64,000 bases of DNA from UHGV virus genome UHGV-1368455; one strand, written 5' to 3'. Shown piece by piece: positions 9,356-19,062 of the stretch (the stretch's first letter is position 1; every line of letters begins with the position of its first letter). Below the pieces are notes generated by a model. It did no database searches, was not told where the DNA came from, and saw only the letters and a list, made by a program, of their open reading frames with translations. The translations under genes were made by a program, and so were the position numbers. The stretch is from a virus.

Positions 9356-10169
9356 GCGTATAATTGCTAAAATAGACAATGATTTCAATCCTGATAATAG
9401 TGATTGGATTCCTCGTGTTGGAGCATGGTGTATTGACGCAATGTCTATGCTCGATTGTCTTTGTACTAAACGTACTAAGAAAACTATTACTGTTAAAAAC
9501 AGAATAGCTTATGTTGGTTGTCCTATTAATAATATGAATATCAAAATATATGATTCTAATGGTTGTGAAATAGAAGAAGCTAATAATAAGAAATGCGGAT
9601 GTAATAATCCCTCTACGGGGGAGGTTGAACAATCTACAACGACAAAAATTAGTACGGCAGTTAGTCGTTATGAAGCCAATGCGCCTATTACAAAAGCTCC
9701 TGATTATTTATTAGCTGAAACTCTTAATGATAAAGAATGGCCTGGACGTTATAGAATTAATGAATTTAATTATGTTAATGGACAACAAAATATTAATAAA
9801 AATTATGTTATTACTGGAAATGATAAAATAGAACTTAATTTTGATACTAAATGTATTACTCTCGAATATGATACTATTGAAACTGCTCAAACTCAATTTG
9901 GTTGCGAACTTCCAGTTATTCCTAACAATGGAATACTTATTGAAGCTCTAACTTATTATTGTATGTATAAGATGTTATGTAGAGGTTATAAACATCCTGT
10001 ATTTAATCTTGCAGCAAGTCAATATGGTACTAATCCTTATTATATATGGACACAACTTAAAGATGAAGCTAAACGTTCTGTTATAGCTAATAGAGTTGAT
10101 ACTGATGAAGATATTAGTAAAATGTTTCGTAGTGCTTTTTATATTGATACTTTTGACCCTCGTAGATAA
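9327..10169 (+). CDS. hypothetical virion/tail protein (Cys-rich N-terminus)
   Basis: ORF-track start 9318 is TTG; first ATG at 9327. Contains in-frame motif copy (NPSTGEVEQ). Confidence 0.5.
   Translation: MQNKTVTNIERIIAKIDNDFNPDNSDWIPRVGAWCIDAMSMLDCLCTKRTKKTITVKNRIAYVGCPINNMNIKIYDSNGCEIEEANNKKCGCNNPSTGEVEQSTTTKISTAVSRYEANAPITKAPDYLLAETLNDKEWPGRYRINEFNYVNGQQNINKNYVITGNDKIELNFDTKCITLEYDTIETAQTQFGCELPVIPNNGILIEALTYYCMYKMLCRGYKHPVFNLAASQYGTNPYYIWTQLKDEAKRSVIANRVDTDEDISKMFRSAFYIDTFDPRR
9606..9630 (-). repeat. motif copy 2, reverse orientation (AATCCCTCTACGGGGGAGGTTGAAC)
   Basis: Inside CDS 9327..10169, translated NPSTGEVEQ; 23 of 25 nt identical to copy 5. Confidence 0.9.
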
Positions 10170-13100
10170 TGGCACAAATAATTCCCAAACTTAATCTTAA
10201 CAAACATCCTTCAGAAGTACTTAATGGAAGTTTGATAGATGCTACTAATATTATTGTTAGTAACGACAATGCTGTTATACAAACTGAGCCTCAACTTGAT
10301 ACATCTGACATTAATAATCAACTAATAAATCTTATTGGTAGTCGTTCTTATTCTATTAAATATTGTATTAATTGTAATAAAGAATTAATTATATTTGTAT
10401 TATTTAATGATGATGCTGACAATATATCTTTATATAGATATAATGAAGATTATAATGAAATTAAATATGTTACTAAAACAGATTATCATGGAGGTGAATT
10501 ACTTGGAACTTTTACTTATAATTTTAATAATCTTATAATTGCTTTTAGCGAATACTTTGAAGATGATAGTAAGAACGTTCCATTAAAAACTATTAATCTT
10601 GGCAAGTGGAACGAAACTATAAATGATAATGATGTTAATCAATTAAATAATTCTAAAATACATCCTTGTAATCCTGAAGTTAAAATTCCTAATATTACTA
10701 CTTCTTATGTTAAAGGTAATTGTTATAAAGGATGGTATTTTATTTTTATTCGTTATAAAATTGATAGTAATACTTATACTCAATGGTTTAATACTAATGA
10801 ATATATTTTTATAGATACTTTTACTAATACTAATTTATATAAAAGTTATATCAGTTCTGATGTTAAAAATATTGGTAATAAGAAAAATACTTGGAACTCT
10901 TTTTATAATTATATATCTGATGATACTGATATAAGTTTAATTACATTACAATGTGATGTAACAAATAGGGATACTAAATATAAATATTATCAATTAGGTT
11001 TTGTTATTAATAGAAAAGATACAACTAAATGTTATCGAAGTGAAGATATTGATATTAATAATAGTACTTTTATATTTAATAATAATTTAGTTGTAGAAGA
11101 AGGTTTAATCAATATGATTAATACCTATACTAATTATTATAATGTTAAATCATTAACTGCTGTTGGAAATAGATTATTTATTGGAAACTATAAAGAAAAT
11201 AATTTTGAAAAAGATATTATTAATTCACTTAAAAATATTAATTTATCAGTTTCTTTTATTCCTTCTGAAAATAATACCGATACTCAAGATATAGAAACAA
11301 GAGCAGAACAAGAATTAACTTGTACTGTATATTGTACTAACAGAACAAGTAATAATCAAGTTAATCTTATTGCTAAACTTTGGAATAATCAACAAGATGG
11401 AATGATTTATTATACTGGTAGTCAAATGCCTCTTGTTAATAAAAATCATGACGATGTAGATATACATACTATGGGTCAATGTAAAATTAAATATCATTAT
11501 CAAGGTAAAGATGTTACTGAAATTGTTGATGCTAAAAATATTATAGTTGCTCCATTTGAAAATAAAGTTATTAACGGACAATCTAATCAAGGACGTATAT
11601 TTATTCTTAAAGATGGAGAACTTATAGAACATGAGCCAGATGGTCCAGATATAAATACTGTTAGTTTATTAAGTTTCTATACTAATAAAGTTTTTGGAGA
11701 AATAGCTATGTCTTATACTAATTGTGATTTTACTCATACAGAAGTTGGTGTTGATGGTGGAGAGATAGAATCTTCTACTAATATACTTAATACATCAGGT
11801 TTAAGACCTAATAATCCATATAACTTTTTTATTCATTTTATTGATAAATATGGATTATATACTGATGGTTTTAATATAAATAATTTTAATCTTAATACTT
11901 CTGAAAATAATTTTATTAATAATATAGGAGATAAAATTATTATTACTCCTAATGATGATAATTCATATATTGCTAAATTTGTTCTTGATAATATTCCTGA
12001 ACAATATGTTGGATGGTTTATTTCTTATGAAAAAATTGAACGTTATATTAAATATACAGGATTTATTGGAGGTAATGGTGAAATACAAGAAGATAGTGAA
12101 GATGCGAGTATTGAAATAAATAAAACTTCTTATATAGCTGAAGATATTAAAAGAGATTCTACTAATCCTTGGCAAGGAAAACGTGGCAATAATCAAAATT
12201 TTATTAGCAATGAACTTAATTTTCTTGATAGTATTATTACAGATTTTGATATTGCAAGATTTTATAATACTACTGTTACAAGAACAAAAGGAAATAATAA
12301 TATAGCAAAACTTACCTATAATAAAACTGATAATGCATATATAGATATTCCAATTATTAGTAAACATTTATTAGTTGCTGATAGTTATAATAATATTGGA
12401 GGTGAAACTAAATTTCAATTAGAGTTAAATGGTGTCGCTGAAGTTATTACTTATTCTTATATAGTTGAACTTATTAAAAGTGATAAAACTAATATTTATA
12501 ATAATATTAATAAAACATTAATTCCTTGTTCTGAAATTAAATATGAAACTGGAGAAATAAATGTAAATACTAAAGATTCTTTTCATAGTGAAATTCATGT
12601 TTACGACTACAAAGAAAGTACTTATTGGAATGATACTCTTAAATATTTTCAAAGTTCTGGTGATTCAAGACCTGTTATTCATCCTGTTTTTTGTAAAGTT
12701 CAACAAGCGTTTGTAGATATTCCTTGGGAAAGTTTACAAATTAATAATAAACCTGAAATTATATTTTTTCCTAATAAAGGACTTAATACTACTGATGAAT
12801 ATAAAAAATCATTTATAATCGGAACTATTATTGAAGCAAAAAATACTGTTGATTTATTTCAACAGAAAAATAATACTGTTTGGAATGCTTGTCCAAAAAC
12901 TATTACTAATTATTATGAAAGTAAAAACTACGCAAAAGATTATCCTAAAACTATTCGTCGTAGTAATATTATTCAAGATGAATCTCGTAATAATGCTTGG
13001 AGGCAATTTAAACTTGAACAATATAAAAATATTACTGAAAATAAAGGCGATGTAACCAAACTTATTGCTATCGGTTATTATTTTATTGTTCACTGTCAGC

Positions 13101-14053
13101 ATAGTATGTTCTTATTTAATGGTACTGATAGTATTGAAGCTAAAGAAAATAATATTCAACTTTCTTCTGTTGATTTTTGGGATACTCAATATAAAGAAAT
13201 TGTTACAAGCGATTTAGGTTATGCCGGACTGCAAAAAGAATACTCTGGTATAGTTGGTAGCTTTGGTTATATATTTTATGATTCTGATAGGCAGCGTTTT
13301 TATCGTTATGATAATGGTCAAGTAGCTTATATTGACGACGATATAAATAATTATATTCGTAAACTTAAAGGATATAATGTTCATCTGGTTGATGATAAAC
13401 GTCGTTATAGAATACTTATTAATTTTAATAAAAATGGTGAAAACGATATAGTTATAAGTTATAACTATCATACTAATACTTTTGTTTCTCGACATACGTA
13501 TAATTATGTTAGAGGATATAGTACTAAAGAAAATACTTATATAATTGGTAAGTATGATGATAATATTGGTAGAACTAATATCAATATTTATAAAGAAGCA
13601 TTATATTACAACTCTGTTGTTAATGTAATGCTTAATGCTAATTATATAAGTATGAAATATATTGAATACATACTTTATAAAGTTGCCAAAGTTACTCCCG
13701 TTGAACTTAACAATTACTCCCCCGTAGAGGGATTGAATGACCTTTATGCTGCTGATGGAGTTCGTGTATATAGTACTCATTGTGATACTGGTGTACTTGA
13801 TACTACTTTCAAAGATGCAACTATCGAAGTTAATAAAGTTATGAATTATGCTAAACCTTATTGGAGATTTGGTAATTGGCATCTTAATGCTCTTCGTAAT
13901 AGACTTGCTGAATATCTACAAAATAAATATGGGGATGATGAATGTAGTCGTATATTTGGTAATTGGTTTGTAGTTGAATTTCATATTAATTCTAACGAGC
14001 AAGTTGAGTTAGAAACTCTCGATGCAGTTTATAATAGTGCTGAAAATAAATGA
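10169..14053 (+). CDS. large tail/baseplate-like structural protein (1294 aa)
   Basis: Long Asn/Tyr-rich ORF in structural block; TAATG and ATGA couplings at both ends; contains motif copy (SPVEG). Confidence 0.65.
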   Translation: MAQIIPKLNLNKHPSEVLNGSLIDATNIIVSNDNAVIQTEPQLDTSDINNQLINLIGSRSYSIKYCINCNKELIIFVLFNDDADNISLYRYNEDYNEIKYVTKTDYHGGELLGTFTYNFNNLIIAFSEYFEDDSKNVPLKTINLGKWNETINDNDVNQLNNSKIHPCNPEVKIPNITTSYVKGNCYKGWYFIFIRYKIDSNTYTQWFNTNEYIFIDTFTNTNLYKSYISSDVKNIGNKKNTWNSFYNYISDDTDISLITLQCDVTNRDTKYKYYQLGFVINRKDTTKCYRSEDIDINNSTFIFNNNLVVEEGLINMINTYTNYYNVKSLTAVGNRLFIGNYKENNFEKDIINSLKNINLSVSFIPSENNTDTQDIETRAEQELTCTVYCTNRTSNNQVNLIAKLWNNQQDGMIYYTGSQMPLVNKNHDDVDIHTMGQCKIKYHYQGKDVTEIVDAKNIIVAPFENKVINGQSNQGRIFILKDGELIEHEPDGPDINTVSLLSFYTNKVFGEIAMSYTNCDFTHTEVGVDGGEIESSTNILNTSGLRPNNPYNFFIHFIDKYGLYTDGFNINNFNLNTSENNFINNIGDKIIITPNDDNSYIAKFVLDNIPEQYVGWFISYEKIERYIKYTGFIGGNGEIQEDSEDASIEINKTSYIAEDIKRDSTNPWQGKRGNNQNFISNELNFLDSIITDFDIARFYNTTVTRTKGNNNIAKLTYNKTDNAYIDIPIISKHLLVADSYNNIGGETKFQLELNGVAEVITYSYIVELIKSDKTNIYNNINKTLIPCSEIKYETGEINVNTKDSFHSEIHVYDYKESTYWNDTLKYFQSSGDSRPVIHPVFCKVQQAFVDIPWESLQINNKPEIIFFPNKGLNTTDEYKKSFIIGTIIEAKNTVDLFQQKNNTVWNACPKTITNYYESKNYAKDYPKTIRRSNIIQDESRNNAWRQFKLEQYKNITENKGDVTKLIAIGYYFIVHCQHSMFLFNGTDSIEAKENNIQLSSVDFWDTQYKEIVTSDLGYAGLQKEYSGIVGSFGYIFYDSDRQRFYRYDNGQVAYIDDDINNYIRKLKGYNVHLVDDKRRYRILINFNKNGENDIVISYNYHTNTFVSRHTYNYVRGYSTKENTYIIGKYDDNIGRTNINIYKEALYYNSVVNVMLNANYISMKYIEYILYKVAKVTPVELNNYSPVEGLNDLYAADGVRVYSTHCDTGVLDTTFKDATIEVNKVMNYAKPYWRFGNWHLNALRNRLAEYLQNKYGDDECSRIFGNWFVVEFHINSNEQVELETLDAVYNSAENK
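13716..13733 (+). repeat. motif copy 3 (ACTCCCCCGTAGAGGGAT); partial half-copy TTACTCCCG at 13693..13701
   Basis: Inside CDS 10169..14053, translated YSPVEGL. Confidence 0.9.
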
Positions 14054-14634
14054 AACGCAAGAAAGTTAAAAGAGACAAAGCCTTTTTAGGTGCAATCATT
14101 GGAGCTGTTGCTGGTCTTGCAGGCTCTGCGATTGGTGGTTCGATTAGTAATAATAAAGCTAAAGCTCAACTTCGTGCTCAACAACGAGCACAGAATAAAC
14201 AAGATACTCTCGCTATGGCTCAAAATCTTAGTGCAAGCTATGGTAATCAAGAGTATGTAGATGAATTTAATAAACGTGTAACTTTTAAGAATGGTGGTAA
14301 AATGAAAAAACGTAAATGTAGTGCTGGTACTAAAGTTTCTATTGCAAAAAGATTTGCTTGTGGAGGACGAAAGAAAGCCGAATGGGGAGCAAGCGATACT
14401 TCTGCTCTTATTAGCGGTCTTAGTAGAGGTCTTGGTAATATTGTTTCTGCTTCTTTGTCTGGCAATACCGGTATAGTAAAACAAGGAGATATGTTTGCAG
14501 GTACTCCTAAAGAACATCTTGAAAAACCTGATTATATTACTACTCCTGCTAATAATGTTTCTGATAATGACTATTTGTACCGTGTTGGTGGATGCAAACG
14601 CCGTAAGGCTAAATGTGGTACTAAAAAGAGCTAA
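14050..14634 (+). CDS. basic Gly/Lys-rich virion-internal (DNA-associated/cargo-like) protein
   Basis: 194 aa, MKRKKVKRDK..., GG/KK low complexity. Confidence 0.5.
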   Translation: MKRKKVKRDKAFLGAIIGAVAGLAGSAIGGSISNNKAKAQLRAQQRAQNKQDTLAMAQNLSASYGNQEYVDEFNKRVTFKNGGKMKKRKCSAGTKVSIAKRFACGGRKKAEWGASDTSALISGLSRGLGNIVSASLSGNTGIVKQGDMFAGTPKEHLEKPDYITTPANNVSDNDYLYRVGGCKRRKAKCGTKKS

Positions 14635-14656
14635 TATCAGCTCCATATTCCTATAT

Positions 14657-14664
14657 TAATTTTG
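14657..14664 (+). promoter_or_regulatory. possible -7 promoter element TAATTTTG upstream of 14749
   Basis: Matches TAnnTTTG; no clear -33. Confidence 0.2.
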
Positions 14665-14748
14665 CCCCGATTAATTTATCCAGCCATGATAATTTAACAT
14701 GGCACAGGGCATGAGAATGTTTCATAATAAATAATATTTTTTTTATTT

Positions 14749-16365
14749 ATGACTAAAGTTAAAAGACCTAATATAGTGCGTGGAGGAATTGCTGTTCCTC
14801 TTGGACGTAACTATTATTATATGCGAGGTAGAAAACATGAACAAGGTGGTATTGATATTGGTAAAAATCCTCGTACAGGACTTGAAGTTGAAGACGGTGA
14901 AGTTATGCACGTTGGTTCTAAAGATATTAAAATATTTAGTTCTCTTCCTTTTCTTAATGGTAAATCCCCAGCTCAAAGAGTTATGAGTGGTGAAAATTCT
15001 AATGCTGTTTTTAATGCTCAGGAACGTTTTAAGAAAAGAAATAAGATTAATGATGATGGTACTAAAAAGAAACGTATGGGAGGATTAAATAGAAGTAAAG
15101 ATTATGGTTCAAAATCTAAACCTTATCCTAATGTTAAGAAAAGCGATTTTGCTGGAGGTGGCAGAAGTTATCCTATTCCTACTAAAGCCGACGCTCGTGA
15201 CGCATTAAGACTTGCTGGACTACATCATAGACCTGATGTTAAAGCTAAAGTTTATCGTAAATATCCTGAACTTAGAAAGAAAGCTAAAGTTGGTGGTTTA
15301 TATTCTGTTACAGTTAATGGAGAAACAAAATTATATCAATATCCCTCTACGGGCAAGATAAAGAAGTCTAAAACGACTAAATCGGCTGGACGTTCTAAAT
15401 TTGCTGGAGGAGGTGATACTAAAGATAAAGATAAAGAAAAAGATAAAGTAAAAATTATAACTGCTAAAACTTTTCCTGAAGTTAATCCATTTACTTTTAC
15501 TGAAAATCCTCCTGCTACTACTCCTACCGAAAATGTTGAAGCAACTATTAATGCTAATGTTCCTCGTGCTTTTGCAAAACGTAATAGAGATATAACTGAC
15601 CCAGAAAAACTTAATATTGCTTATCAAAAAGCTTCAGGTACTTATCCTAATTGGTTTCAACGTACTTATAGAAATATAAGAAATTATGTTAATGAACACC
15701 CCGATACTGTCAATGAAGGTATTGGACTTGCAAGTAATGTTGTTTCTTCTCTTATAGGTAATAGTATAAATAGACGAGTGCTCAATAGTCTTCGTTATTC
15801 TCCTGCTCCTATTCCTCAACGTGCTGCAAAACTTAAAACTCGAATCAATATTAATCCTCAACTTGATAGAATGAGAGAAAGTCTTGCTGCTTATGAACGA
15901 GCTATCGATACAAATACTGGTAGTTCTCAAGTTGCTCTGGCTCGCAAACAGAGAGCAAGGTTAGCAAATGTTCTTTCTACTAATGAACTTTATGGTAATA
16001 AAGAAAATACTGAGACTTCTCTTATTAATCAAGATAGACTTAATCAACAAGAAGTTGCTAATAGAAATATTGATGCTTATAATACTTGGGCACAAGGTAA
16101 AGCTGATTTTGAAAATAGTATAAGACAACAAAAAGCTGAAAATAATATTGCTTTGATGAATAATCTTAATGCTGGAGTTCAAAATGTTATTAATAATATT
16201 CAGCAACGTAGAACTGAAGGAAGAAATATTAAAGCAATGCTTCTTGCTTATCCTGATTTACCTGCTGAACAACTTCTTGCTTCTGGTCTGATTACACAGA
16301 ACGAATACGATACTTATCGTAAAGGTTATCCTCTTAAACGTAAAAAGAATAATAATAACGAATAA
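14749..16365 (+). CDS. basic Lys-rich virion-internal (cargo-like) protein
   Basis: 538 aa with KKRNK, GGG, KDKDKEKDK stretches; contains weaker motif copy (PSTGK). Confidence 0.55.
   Translation: MTKVKRPNIVRGGIAVPLGRNYYYMRGRKHEQGGIDIGKNPRTGLEVEDGEVMHVGSKDIKIFSSLPFLNGKSPAQRVMSGENSNAVFNAQERFKKRNKINDDGTKKKRMGGLNRSKDYGSKSKPYPNVKKSDFAGGGRSYPIPTKADARDALRLAGLHHRPDVKAKVYRKYPELRKKAKVGGLYSVTVNGETKLYQYPSTGKIKKSKTTKSAGRSKFAGGGDTKDKDKEKDKVKIITAKTFPEVNPFTFTENPPATTPTENVEATINANVPRAFAKRNRDITDPEKLNIAYQKASGTYPNWFQRTYRNIRNYVNEHPDTVNEGIGLASNVVSSLIGNSINRRVLNSLRYSPAPIPQRAAKLKTRININPQLDRMRESLAAYERAIDTNTGSSQVALARKQRARLANVLSTNELYGNKENTETSLINQDRLNQQEVANRNIDAYNTWAQGKADFENSIRQQKAENNIALMNNLNAGVQNVINNIQQRRTEGRNIKAMLLAYPDLPAEQLLASGLITQNEYDTYRKGYPLKRKKNNNNE
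15341..15354 (-). repeat. motif copy 4, weaker (ATCCCTCTACGGGC)
   Basis: Inside CDS 14749..16365, translated YPSTGK. Confidence 0.6.
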
Positions 16366-16371
16366 ATTACT

Positions 16372-19059
16372 ATGGCTCAAGTACAATATATAACTCGTGA
16401 TTTTATACCTCGCGTAGACTTAACTACTCTTGGTAATACATTTAATACTCTTGAACAAGGTCATCAAGCTGCCGTACAGGCAGCTTCTGACCTTAAAGCT
16501 ACTATTGCTAAATTGCCGATGGATGCTCAAGAAGATGGTTTTAAAGAACAACTTGTTAATGAAATAAATCAAACTATTGATGATAATACTCTTTATGGTA
16601 ATTCTTATGGGGCTTTAGACAATCTTGTTACACAAATTGGAGATATTCAATCTGATGGTAGAATTATAGGTAGACTTCGTAATCATCAAGCTAAAGTTGA
16701 ATATGATGCTAAAGTAGATGCTATGGCTATTCCTGATGGAATGAAGCAAATGTATAAAGAAGAAAATCCTTATTATTATGAAGACGGAGAAGTTGATGCT
16801 AATACTGGACGTGTTCTTCCGGGTGAGATGTGGGAAGCTAAAACTAATCCTGTTACTACTGTTCCAGAAAATCAGATTCAAGCATATGCTTTACAAATAG
16901 CTGCTAAAGATGCTGGTAGTGGAGAAACTGTTAGTTTTCTTGACGTCAATGGCAATCCTACTACTGACCCAAATAAATCTGAAGACGGTTCTATGTACAA
17001 AAAAGTTGGAACTCGATGGGAACGTCTTAGTGAAGATAAAATTAGAGAAGCATATAGAGTAGCTATTAATAGTATTCCAGGAGCTAAAGATAGTCTCGAC
17101 CAAGATTATCGTTATGCTACTTGGCAATATGATAAACTTGTTAAAGATGCTGAAGCTAAAGGCGGGAATATCGCTCCTTATGTAAAAGGATATACTGATA
17201 AAAATGGTAATATTTATACAAGAGACCAATGGCTTAATAATAAAATAAATAATTTTGCTGATGTTGCTGCATATAATCATGTTTATAGTTCAGTAGATTT
17301 TGGTACTGCTTTACAAAATAGAAAAGCAAGACAATCTGCTGCATCTGCATCTGGAAGTGGAGGGCTTATAGGAGCTTTACAAGGAAATAATAGACAACTT
17401 GGAAATATTATTAGTGGTACTGAAGAGACTGAAAGCAATGCTTTTGCTGGAGTTACTAAAGCTAAAAATGATGCAAATAGAACTGGTCTTAATATAGCTA
17501 AAACTTTTGGAGGTAATCTTTTTAGAGAAGCTGATAGTATTAGCGATATTATTAGAACTGTTCGTCAAAGAGACCCATCTGTTAAAGGTCCAGGAGGTAC
17601 AGCTAATTATATTATTAGTCATTATGGCAAAAATATGACTCCACTTCAAAAGTCTCAACTTAGAAATGCTCTTGTTGGTTATGTTCAAGCTAACAAACAA
17701 TATAACCAAATGATTAAAAGTGCTGGTGGTAATGCTGATGGACTTAGATTTAGTGCCAATGCTGCTAATAATGAATATACTAATGACAATAAATATGGTA
17801 GAGCTGTTATTAGAGAATTAAATAATATATTTTCTAATAATAATAGTGTAGATTATGAAATAGGTTCTGATGTATTTTCAGCTCTTAAACATTTATATAA
17901 AACTGATGACCTTAGAAAAGTAGGTCTTAATTATTCTCGTAATGAAGATGGAAATTATATTGTTACTTTTACTCCTCAAAATAGAAATTTAATGCCTAAA
18001 TTTGACAGTCTTATAGCACAAGCTGATAGTCAAGTTGATGGTAGTTTTAGTGGATGGTTTAAAAAAGCATTTACGGGCAGAGCCGCTTCCGGTAATTATG
18101 TAGTTCATTTTCATAATAAGAATGGAAGAACTAATACAAGAAATATTAGTGGAGGAGGAGCTTTAGCCAATGCTTATGAAAATGGTAGTAATGCTGCTTC
18201 TAAAGCAGAAAGTAAAGCTGGAGTTGCTAAAGGAACTCGTAGTTTTAGTACTGGTAATTATGCAAGTTTTGGTGCTGCTTATGCTGCTATGCATCCAGAA
18301 ATAGCTCAACAAACAGGTGAAACTCTTCAACAGTTTATAGATAGACAAAATGAACAAGTTGATTTAGGTTTTGCTCAAGGTAATTTTGATTCTGGCCAAA
18401 TACAGTATCTTGATGAATCTGGTAGAGCTTTTATTGATATTTCTAAAAATCAAGATGCTAAAACTCTTATACAAAATATGTATGCTGATGATACTCAGCG
18501 TAAAAAAATAAAGAGAGCTATTAAAATTCCAACAGGTACTGAAGCTGGAGGAACACAAGGATATGTTCTTTCATTTACTGTACCTAAAGGATTTGGCAAT
18601 AAACATTTTAAAGAAGGACAAAAAGTAAATATAATTGTTAGTGGTGTTAGTGAAGAAGAAATTAATTTTAATCCTTCTATGAATCCATCTGTTCTTGCTT
18701 CTAATGCTATTGTTACAAGTAGAGCTACTGGAGGTCCTGTTGAAATTCAAGGTTATGACGCCAATCTTGGTAATACTGATTTAGTTCCTACTAAAAATGG
18801 AAAATATGCATCTACTTTTATGGGTAATGCAAAGAATATGACTCCTGAAGAAGCTGAATATTATATTACTCTTATGTACACTCTTCAACAATTCAAAGGA
18901 CAACTTGAAAGTGGAGCATATAATCTTGCTGACCCTAATCAAGTAACTCTCGTTAATAATAAATTTGACAATCTTGTAAATGAATTATCAAAAGTTACAG
19001 ATACAAGTAGAAATAGTGTTGCTACTGCTGTCTTTAATATGATTAAAAATGGAGAATGA
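16372..19059 (+). CDS. large virion protein (895 aa), likely ejected/cargo or tail component
   Basis: Precedes the two giant ORFs; 6-nt gap from upstream gene. Confidence 0.6.
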   Translation: MAQVQYITRDFIPRVDLTTLGNTFNTLEQGHQAAVQAASDLKATIAKLPMDAQEDGFKEQLVNEINQTIDDNTLYGNSYGALDNLVTQIGDIQSDGRIIGRLRNHQAKVEYDAKVDAMAIPDGMKQMYKEENPYYYEDGEVDANTGRVLPGEMWEAKTNPVTTVPENQIQAYALQIAAKDAGSGETVSFLDVNGNPTTDPNKSEDGSMYKKVGTRWERLSEDKIREAYRVAINSIPGAKDSLDQDYRYATWQYDKLVKDAEAKGGNIAPYVKGYTDKNGNIYTRDQWLNNKINNFADVAAYNHVYSSVDFGTALQNRKARQSAASASGSGGLIGALQGNNRQLGNIISGTEETESNAFAGVTKAKNDANRTGLNIAKTFGGNLFREADSISDIIRTVRQRDPSVKGPGGTANYIISHYGKNMTPLQKSQLRNALVGYVQANKQYNQMIKSAGGNADGLRFSANAANNEYTNDNKYGRAVIRELNNIFSNNNSVDYEIGSDVFSALKHLYKTDDLRKVGLNYSRNEDGNYIVTFTPQNRNLMPKFDSLIAQADSQVDGSFSGWFKKAFTGRAASGNYVVHFHNKNGRTNTRNISGGGALANAYENGSNAASKAESKAGVAKGTRSFSTGNYASFGAAYAAMHPEIAQQTGETLQQFIDRQNEQVDLGFAQGNFDSGQIQYLDESGRAFIDISKNQDAKTLIQNMYADDTQRKKIKRAIKIPTGTEAGGTQGYVLSFTVPKGFGNKHFKEGQKVNIIVSGVSEEEINFNPSMNPSVLASNAIVTSRATGGPVEIQGYDANLGNTDLVPTKNGKYASTFMGNAKNMTPEEAEYYITLMYTLQQFKGQLESGAYNLADPNQVTLVNNKFDNLVNELSKVTDTSRNSVATAVFNMIKNGE

Positions 19060-19062
19060 GAT